DNA of 64,000 nt from Obrimoposthia wandeli (lineage: Eukaryota), in the NCBI GenBank assembly GCA_977020255.1, contig CDROCS010006241.1, positions 248,001-312,000 of the forward strand, in the 5' to 3' direction. Within the stretch, counting starts at the first letter, position 1. Every line of letters begins with the position of its first letter. The notes under the pieces were generated by a model, which had not been told where the DNA came from, ran no database searches, and saw only the letters and a list, made by a program, of their open reading frames with translations. Shown piece by piece: positions 57,699-64,000 of this stretch. Made by a program: the position numbers and the translations under genes.

Positions 57699-58880
57699 TT
57701 ACGTACGGTAATCCGCATTAATTTTTACATACTCATAACCTAAATCACAGCCATAGGCCGTAAATTTACCATCTCCAATTCCAATATCACAAATAACTTT
57801 GTATTTATCTTTTTCAAGTACTTTAGAAGCCTTTGCTTCTTGTACTTCATCAAAGTAAATTTCACCTTTATTAAATACGATAACATCATTATATGATATC
57901 AGCAAGCTATTTTCATCACAAGTAATTCTACTAGCACCTATAGTAGATGCAATTCGTCCAAAATTTGGATCTTCACCATATAATGCTGTTTTTACCAATA
58001 AAGAGTTTGAAAGTGCTTTTGCCGCAATCTCTGCTTCTTCATTTGATGCTGCACCAATAACTTCAAAGGCAACTGCTTTTTTAGCACCTTCTCCATCTGC
58101 AACCATTAACATAGCCATATCATGCATTACTAATCTTAAAACTTCTTTGAAAGCTTCTTTATCATATGAATTTGATTTTTTATTTGCTAATAATAAAACT
58201 GTATCATTTGTAGAAGTATCACCATCTACAGATATTGCATTAAAAGTTGTATGAGAACTTAATTCAAGTAACTCTAACATATCTTCTTTAGGAATACTTG
58301 CATCAGTACAGATAAAACAAAGCATAGTTGCAAGATTTGGGTTTATCATCCCTGCACCTTTTGCAACTGAACCTATTTTAAACGAGCTTCCATCTTCAAG
58401 TTTCACTTCATACATAGAAGTTTTAGGATAAGCATCTGTTGTCATCATTGCTTGAGACAAACTCTCTCCACTTTTTATACTTAAATCAAAAGAATTAGCT
58501 CCATCAATTAACTTTTGTAAAGGTAATGGATTTCCAATAACGCCTGTACTACTCATAATTGGATTTGTTGTTTCAAAATTTAAAGAAGAAAAAATAGTAT
58601 TAATATCATCAATACCTTTTTGTCCAGTCAAAGCATTTGCATTCTTTGAATTAATAAGTACAAAGTTTGTTTGAAAATTCTTATCATACATTTGATAATG
58701 TTTAAGTGGTGCTGCTTGAAATTTGTTTAAAGTAAATACAGCTTCAACATCACATAAAACATCACTATAAATAAATCCTAAGTCTTTATTGCCATTTGGC
58801 TTTAACCCTGCATGAATCCCATCACAGTAAAAACCCTCAATTTGGTCAATAAAACCTTTAATTGGTAAAATTGTAAACAT
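57699..58880 (-). CDS. argJ: Bifunctional glutamate N-acetyltransferase/amino-acid acetyltransferase
   Basis: NSKNANA, AKGAGMINPNLATML, DGDTSTNDT, DGEGA, INADYRT. Confidence 0.96.
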   Translation of the reverse strand: MFTILPIKGFIDQIEGFYCDGIHAGLKPNGNKDLGFIYSDVLCDVEAVFTLNKFQAAPLKHYQMYDKNFQTNFVLINSKNANALTGQKGIDDINTIFSSLNFETTNPIMSSTGVIGNPLPLQKLIDGANSFDLSIKSGESLSQAMMTTDAYPKTSMYEVKLEDGSSFKIGSVAKGAGMINPNLATMLCFICTDASIPKEDMLELLELSSHTTFNAISVDGDTSTNDTVLLLANKKSNSYDKEAFKEVLRLVMHDMAMLMVADGEGAKKAVAFEVIGAASNEEAEIAAKALSNSLLVKTALYGEDPNFGRIASTIGASRITCDENSLLISYNDVIVFNKGEIYFDEVQEAKASKVLEKDKYKVICDIGIGDGKFTAYGCDLGYEYVKINADYRT

Positions 58881-59001
58881 CTAAATATCTTCCTTTAAAA
58901 TGTCCCATTTTAAAGGAACCTTTTATTTTATGATTTCTTTTCACCAAATGGCAAAGCCATCTCTAAAGAAGCAAATCCTAAAGAGAGTAACGAGTTGCTC
59001 T

Positions 59002-60123
59002 TTATAAATCTTCTGGTTTCTCTAATAAAGAGATAATCCTTTTTGATTTTGAAATACCTTTTTGATTTCCTACTAATAACAGTTTACACCCGGGAGTAAT
59101 AACCGCTGTTCCTTTTGGCATCTGAATAAATTTTCCTTTTTTAGGAGTAATACCTATAATAGAAACTTTCATCCTATCTCTTAAATGTAAATCTTTTATT
59201 TCTCTATTAACTGTCCAAGAGTCTTCATTAACTAGAACCTCTTCCATATCAATAGGAGTATCTGGTTTGTATAAGAACTCATCTAGTACATTTTCCATAT
59301 CAGGTCTAATTGCCATTGCTGAAACTCTTTTTGCCATTAAAGAAGGTGTTGCCACAACTTTATCAGCTCCAAGTTTTTGAAGTCTTATTTTTTCATTTTG
59401 TGTTTCTGCATTTGAAATAATTAAAAATGGACTTCGTCCTAGCTCTTTCTCATAAAGTCTTACAGATGCGATTAATGTAATATTGTCTGAAATGTTTTTT
59501 GATAATGAAATCGCGCCTTTAGCAGATGATAAATGAGATTTTAAAAATGCTAACTCTTTATAAGGTTCTTCTTTTACAAAATATGGATAATTGTGCTCTT
59601 TTGCAATATCTTCCATATCTTCGCTTGGGTCAACAACAACAAATGGGATATGATTATCATTAAACTGCTTAGCTAACTGAGCTGTATATTCATTATGATA
59701 AAAAATTACAAAATGTTGTCTAAGTCTTGCTATCTTATAAAGCATATTTCTTTCCTTATAAAGTTCAAATAGTCTACCTTTAATAACTGCTTCAATAAGT
59801 ACAGCAGTTGAAAGAGTAAATAATGCAAACCCAAATATAATAAGTGTTATTGTAAAAAATCTTCCAGCAGGAGAGATAGGAGCAATTTCTCCAAAACCAA
59901 CAGTAGTGAAAGTAATACCAGTTTGATAAATTGCATCTAAAATTGGGAAGTCATCGATTAATATATAACCCATAGTTCCAACGATCATAATAACTTGAAC
60001 TAGAACTAATGGTAACCTAAATGGTTTAAGTTGAGAGTATATGATTGGATTTAAATCATATTCTGGTTTGGCTGAACGTATCTCCCAGCCTAGAGCTTTC
60101 TTTACTCTTCTAAATATGCTCAT
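59002..60123 (-). CDS. Potassium channel with RCK/TrkA domains
   Basis: Two TM segments with filter TTVGFGE, followed by RCK-like domains. Confidence 0.88.
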   Translation of the reverse strand: MSIFRRVKKALGWEIRSAKPEYDLNPIIYSQLKPFRLPLVLVQVIMIVGTMGYILIDDFPILDAIYQTGITFTTVGFGEIAPISPAGRFFTITLIIFGFALFTLSTAVLIEAVIKGRLFELYKERNMLYKIARLRQHFVIFYHNEYTAQLAKQFNDNHIPFVVVDPSEDMEDIAKEHNYPYFVKEEPYKELAFLKSHLSSAKGAISLSKNISDNITLIASVRLYEKELGRSPFLIISNAETQNEKIRLQKLGADKVVATPSLMAKRVSAMAIRPDMENVLDEFLYKPDTPIDMEEVLVNEDSWTVNREIKDLHLRDRMKVSIIGITPKKGKFIQMPKGTAVITPGCKLLLVGNQKGISKSKRIISLLEKPEDL

Positions 60124-60145
60124 GAAAGCACTTTCTAAGCGCCTT

Positions 60146-60334
60146 TTATGAGTGTTTTTTAAGAGTTCTTAACTCTTTAGCACAAATTCTGATTTTCTTT
60201 GTAGTACCGTCTTCTAAAGTAACTCTTACAGTTCTTAAGTTTGGTAAAAATCTTCTTTTAGTTCTATTTTTTGCGTGACTTACGTTGTTTCCAGCCATAG
60301 GCCCTTTTCCTGATATAGCACATCTTCTTGACAT
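60146..60334 (-). CDS. rpmB: 50S ribosomal protein L28
   Basis: [33 protein letters not shown]. Confidence 0.98.
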   Translation of the reverse strand: MSRRCAISGKGPMAGNNVSHAKNRTKRRFLPNLRTVRVTLEDGTTKKIRICAKELRTLKKHS

Positions 60335-60499
60335 TTTAATTTCCTTAACTTTTTTTAGTGAAAAATATTCGCGTATTATATCTTATATTTCTTAAGTTAA
60401 ATTTAAAAGATTTATAAAAAATTCTTTATTTTAAGTTTAGCAAAAGTTTAGGTGCAAATAGATAATATTTATTATTATTTATATAATACAAGGCGATTT

Positions 60500-61300
60500 A
60501 TGAGATTTATTATACTATTTTTTATCTATGCTTATTCTTTTAGCATTGAAGTTCAAAAACCAAAAGTCTATAATGGAGACGAAAATATTACAGCTTGGGT
60601 TATGAGTGAAAAACTTGACGGAATAAGAGGATATTGGAATGGGAGGGAACTTATTACAAGAAAAGGTAAAAAGATTTATGCTCCAAAGTGGTTTGTAAAA
60701 GACTTTCCTACTTTTGAACTAGATGGCGAGCTATGGACAAAAAGAAATGATTTTGAAACTGTACAAAGTATTGTAATGGATAAAACTCCAAGTAAAGATT
60801 GGCAAAAAATTACATACAACATATTTGAAGTCCCAAATACAAAAGGAGATTTTTTCAAAAGGCTTAATAAAGCGAAAACTTGGTTTAAAAATCATCCGAA
60901 TAATCATCTCAAAATAATAAAACAAATAAAAATAAAAGACAAAGAACATCTAGATGATTTTTTAAATGCCATAATCTTAAAAAAAGGTGAAGGCATTATA
61001 GTAAAAAATCCAAAAGAAGCATATCATACAGGAAGAAGTCCACATGTATTAAAAGTGAAAAAAGCGCAAGACATGGAAGGAAAAGTATTAGCCATAACTA
61101 TTTCTAGAAAAACGACTGTTTTAAAAAGTTTGGTTTTAGAACTTGAAAATGGTGTAATATTTAATCTTGGAACTGGATTTACAAAAGAACAAAGAAAAAA
61201 ACCACCTAAAGTAGGAGATCTTATTACATTTAAATATTTTGGATTAACAAAAAAAGGCAAACCTAGATTTGCCTCGTTTTTACATATAAGAAAAGACTAA
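60500..61300 (+). CDS. Minimal ATP-dependent DNA ligase with signal peptide (LigE-like)
   Basis: SEKLDGIRGYW, LDGELW, EGIIV, LKVK, FNLGTGF, PRFASF; hydrophobic N-terminus from ATG 60500. Confidence 0.9.
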   Translation: MRFIILFFIYAYSFSIEVQKPKVYNGDENITAWVMSEKLDGIRGYWNGRELITRKGKKIYAPKWFVKDFPTFELDGELWTKRNDFETVQSIVMDKTPSKDWQKITYNIFEVPNTKGDFFKRLNKAKTWFKNHPNNHLKIIKQIKIKDKEHLDDFLNAIILKKGEGIIVKNPKEAYHTGRSPHVLKVKKAQDMEGKVLAITISRKTTVLKSLVLELENGVIFNLGTGFTKEQRKKPPKVGDLITFKYFGLTKKGKPRFASFLHIRKD

Positions 61301-62175
61301 ACAGATTCTATAATATCTTGAACTTTTCTAAGTTGTTTATCAAAAGTATATTGTTTTGCAATTTTTCTATTTTCTTTTTTAATTAATTTCATATCAGCTT
61401 TATTTTGTAATAGTGCATCTATTTTAAACTGCATACTCCCATCGTGTGGAGTTTCCATAGTTGAGAATACATCTATTACTTCACATGCCGCGTTATTTGC
61501 AGTTGTAAATACCGCGCATTTACAATACATTGCTTTTAAAATATTTGTTGCAAAATTTTGATTATATGAAGGAAGCACAAATACATCTGAAGTTAAAAAA
61601 AGTTCATCAATATTTTCATAATCTTCTATTAACAAAAGTTTATCTTCTACATCAAATTTTGAAAGTTTAAATTTTAAATTATAAATCTGTTTTTTATCTG
61701 CTGCGATAATTGCTAACATATTATTAAAATTCAATTTCATAACCATATTTATAAATTCGATAACACCAGAGGATTTTAAATTTCTTCCAGTAAAAAAGAC
61801 TATTTTCTTTTTTGGATCAATTCCAAGTTTTTCACAAACTTCTTCTCTAACTTCTTTTGGTTTTCTATACTCAATGCTGATTGCTGGATATACTATTTCT
61901 ACTTTATCTTCGGGAACATCAACTTTTTGTAAAAGTTCCTTCTTAGCAATTTTTGCACTAACTATTACTTTTTTGGCATTTTTAATATTCTCTATTGTTT
62001 CATCATCAAAAACTTGTCCAGTATGAAAGAAAATATCTGCAAACTCTTTTTTCTTAAGAGATAATTTATTTAACATTGAACGTTTTTCAAGTTCTATAAT
62101 ATTTTCTTGTTTTAATAATCTTGATATTAATTTTGTTTTATTTTTATAATTTATTGTTTTCTGCATAAAAGCCAA
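61297..62175 (-). CDS. GT-B glycosyltransferase (family 4-like, LOS-related)
   Basis: SDVFVLPSYNQNF..NILKAMYC; adjacent to heptose biosynthesis genes. Confidence 0.75.
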   Translation of the reverse strand: MAFMQKTINYKNKTKLISRLLKQENIIELEKRSMLNKLSLKKKEFADIFFHTGQVFDDETIENIKNAKKVIVSAKIAKKELLQKVDVPEDKVEIVYPAISIEYRKPKEVREEVCEKLGIDPKKKIVFFTGRNLKSSGVIEFINMVMKLNFNNMLAIIAADKKQIYNLKFKLSKFDVEDKLLLIEDYENIDELFLTSDVFVLPSYNQNFATNILKAMYCKCAVFTTANNAACEVIDVFSTMETPHDGSMQFKIDALLQNKADMKLIKKENRKIAKQYTFDKQLRKVQDIIESV

Positions 62176-62183
62176 AAGTCTCT

Positions 62184-62750
62184 CTAACTTAATTCATTAT
62201 CAATAATTTGACAAATAGTATGTCCAAATAGTATATGCATCTCTTGGATTCTAGGAGTATCATCTGAGGGTACTATTAAATTCACATCACAATAATCATT
62301 CATAGCTCCACCGTCTCTGCCACTAAACCCAATGATCTTACATCCTATTTCTTGCCCTACTTTAAACGCATTGATAACATTTTTTGAATTTCCTGAAGTT
62401 GAAATTCCAATAAGAACATCACCCTCTTGTGCTAAAGATTCAACTTGTCTATCAAAAACTCTATCATATCCATAATCGTTTCCAATAGCAGTAAGTGCAG
62501 AAGTATCTGTTGTAAGTGCAATACCAGGAAGTCCTCTTCTCTCACATTTATAACGACCAGTTAACTCTGCAGCTATATGCTGGGCATCAGCAGCACTTCC
62601 ACCGTTTCCAAATAGTAATACTTTTTTCCCATTTTTAAGAGCATTAACTGTAACTTTTGAAGCTTCACTTAAAGGTTCACTCATAGTCTCAATAACTTTT
62701 TGAATCGTCTCTAAATGTCCTAAAAATTCATTTTCAATTACATTTTTCAC
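62184..62750 (-). CDS. gmhA: Phosphoheptose isomerase
   Basis: [30 protein letters not shown]. Confidence 0.97.
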   Translation of the reverse strand: MKNVIENEFLGHLETIQKVIETMSEPLSEASKVTVNALKNGKKVLLFGNGGSAADAQHIAAELTGRYKCERRGLPGIALTTDTSALTAIGNDYGYDRVFDRQVESLAQEGDVLIGISTSGNSKNVINAFKVGQEIGCKIIGFSGRDGGAMNDYCDVNLIVPSDDTPRIQEMHILFGHTICQIIDNELS

Positions 62751-64000
62751 TACTTAACCTTTTGTATTTTTTTGATTGTACTAGTTGTACTTCTTCCATC
62801 TACAAATTCAACAAGTTTTGTCTCTAAAGCAATGTCAGAACCCACTACTTCTTTACCTTCGTAGTCTGCACCTTTTACTAAAACATCAGGTTGAACTTGT
62901 GAAATCAAATCATATGGTGTATCTTCGTCAAATATCACTACATAATCTACACACTCTAACGCTGATAAGATATATGCTCTGTCATCTTCACAATTAATTG
63001 GTCTATCTTCACCTTTTAATCGTCTTACACTTGCATCTGAATTAAGACCTAAGATAAGTACATCACCAAATGACTTTGCAATATTCAAGTAGCTTACATG
63101 CCCTTTATGTAAAATATCAAAACATCCATTTGTAAATACTACTTTTTTCTTTTGTTCTTTTAATCTTTTCGCAATCTTTTCAATTTGTTCTTTTGATTTT
63201 ATATGAAGCTCAATTGAACTTTTATGAAGACTTGCTTGATACTCTTCTATTTCATCCATAGTAACAGTTGCAGATCCAAGTTTTCCAACAACAACTCCTG
63301 CTGCAAGATTTGCAAACTCAACAGATGTGTAAATATCATATCCTAAACTCAAAGAAAAACCTAAAGATGCTAAAACAGTATCACCAGCTCCCGTTACATC
63401 ATAGACTTCTCTAGCAACCGTTGGCTTAACCGTTACTTTGTCATCATCTAGTATAGCAATTCCATTTTCACTAAGAGTTACAACAGATACAGCTAGTGAC
63501 GCATCATTTTTCAACTTCACTAATACATCTTTTAATCTATCGTCATTTTCAATCACAATATTAGATGCTAATTCTGCTTCTTTTTTATTTGGAGTTAATA
63601 AGTAGGCACCTTCATATCTAGAGTAATCAGTCCCTTTAGGGTCAACTAAAACTTTTTTATCATATTTATTTGCATATGTAATTACTTTTTTAATTAAATC
63701 TTCGGTTAGAACACCCTTATCATAATCAGATAAAAGGATCGTATCATAAATATTTATTTTTTCTTGGAGTTTTGCATAAAGCTTTTTTACACTCTCAGCA
63801 GAGATATTATTCTTACTCTCTTTATCATATCTAACAACTTGAGAATGAGAAGCCATAAGTCTGGTTTTTCTAGATGTCTTTCGTCCTTTTTGTTCAATCA
63901 AAAAAGATTTAACACCTTGTTCATCTAACATATGTTTAAGATCATTTCCAACTTCATCATCACCTATAACTGACATAACTGAAACTTCTGCACCAAGTGA
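62750..64000 (-). CDS. hldE: Bifunctional heptose 7-phosphate kinase / heptose 1-phosphate adenylyltransferase (5' truncated by the window edge)
   Basis: SDYDKG, TPNKKE, DVTGAGD and [12 protein letters not shown] motifs; frame stays open to 64000. Confidence 0.96.
   Translation of the reverse strand, partial: SLGAEVSVMSVIGDDEVGNDLKHMLDEQGVKSFLIEQKGRKTSRKTRLMASHSQVVRYDKESKNNISAESVKKLYAKLQEKINIYDTILLSDYDKGVLTEDLIKKVITYANKYDKKVLVDPKGTDYSRYEGAYLLTPNKKEAELASNIVIENDDRLKDVLVKLKNDASLAVSVVTLSENGIAILDDDKVTVKPTVAREVYDVTGAGDTVLASLGFSLSLGYDIYTSVEFANLAAGVVVGKLGSATVTMDEIEEYQASLHKSSIELHIKSKEQIEKIAKRLKEQKKKVVFTNGCFDILHKGHVSYLNIAKSFGDVLILGLNSDASVRRLKGEDRPINCEDDRAYILSALECVDYVVIFDEDTPYDLISQVQPDVLVKGADYEGKEVVGSDIALETKLVEFVDGRSTTSTIKKIQKVK

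Noticed and set aside
5460-62997. Short track ORFs antisense to or nested in long genes (e.g. 5460-5678, 8504-8764, 11836-12045, 19623-19895, 30658-31206, 42133-42429, 51060-51449, 54275-54670)
   Set aside because: Shadow frames of well-supported genes, with no RBS or family motifs.
1-64000. CRISPR arrays, rRNA, IS/transposases, integrases, poly-G phase-variation tracts
   Set aside because: None seen by eye. The only long repeats are the tandem tRNAs and the att duplication.

Overview
AT-rich bacterial chromosome segment. Gene content and order suggest Campylobacterota, most likely Arcobacteraceae (inference, no database check). The right part (about 50.8-64 kb) is housekeeping: two tandem tRNA-Asn, a radical SAM gene interrupted by an in-frame TGA, hemE, yqhA, asd, gyrA, argJ, a K+ channel, rpmB, an ATP-dependent DNA ligase, a glycosyltransferase, gmhA and partial hldE. 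The left and middle parts are accessory and rich in signalling and salvage genes: a DUF1800/DUF1501 pair, uraA/upp, a BacNav-type channel with a TFEDWTD filter, one EAL protein, three diguanylate cyclases, two chemoreceptors, an orphan multi-PAS kinase, a nitrite/sulfite reductase, ceo, a GlnRS-YqeY fusion and an aminotransferase/DUF1338 pair. The clearest hidden structure is an approximately 7 kb integrase-less island between two 67-bp direct repeats (tRNA-Asn 3' end plus terminator; 43697-43763 and 50731-50797). It carries a SiaABC-like partner-switching module: a 1859-aa PP2C phosphatase with five periplasmic binding domains, a SiaB kinase, and a frameshifted siaC that the ORF track missed. 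There is no siaD. No CRISPR array, rRNA, transposase or integrase was seen. All protein family assignments come from motif recognition, not from searches.
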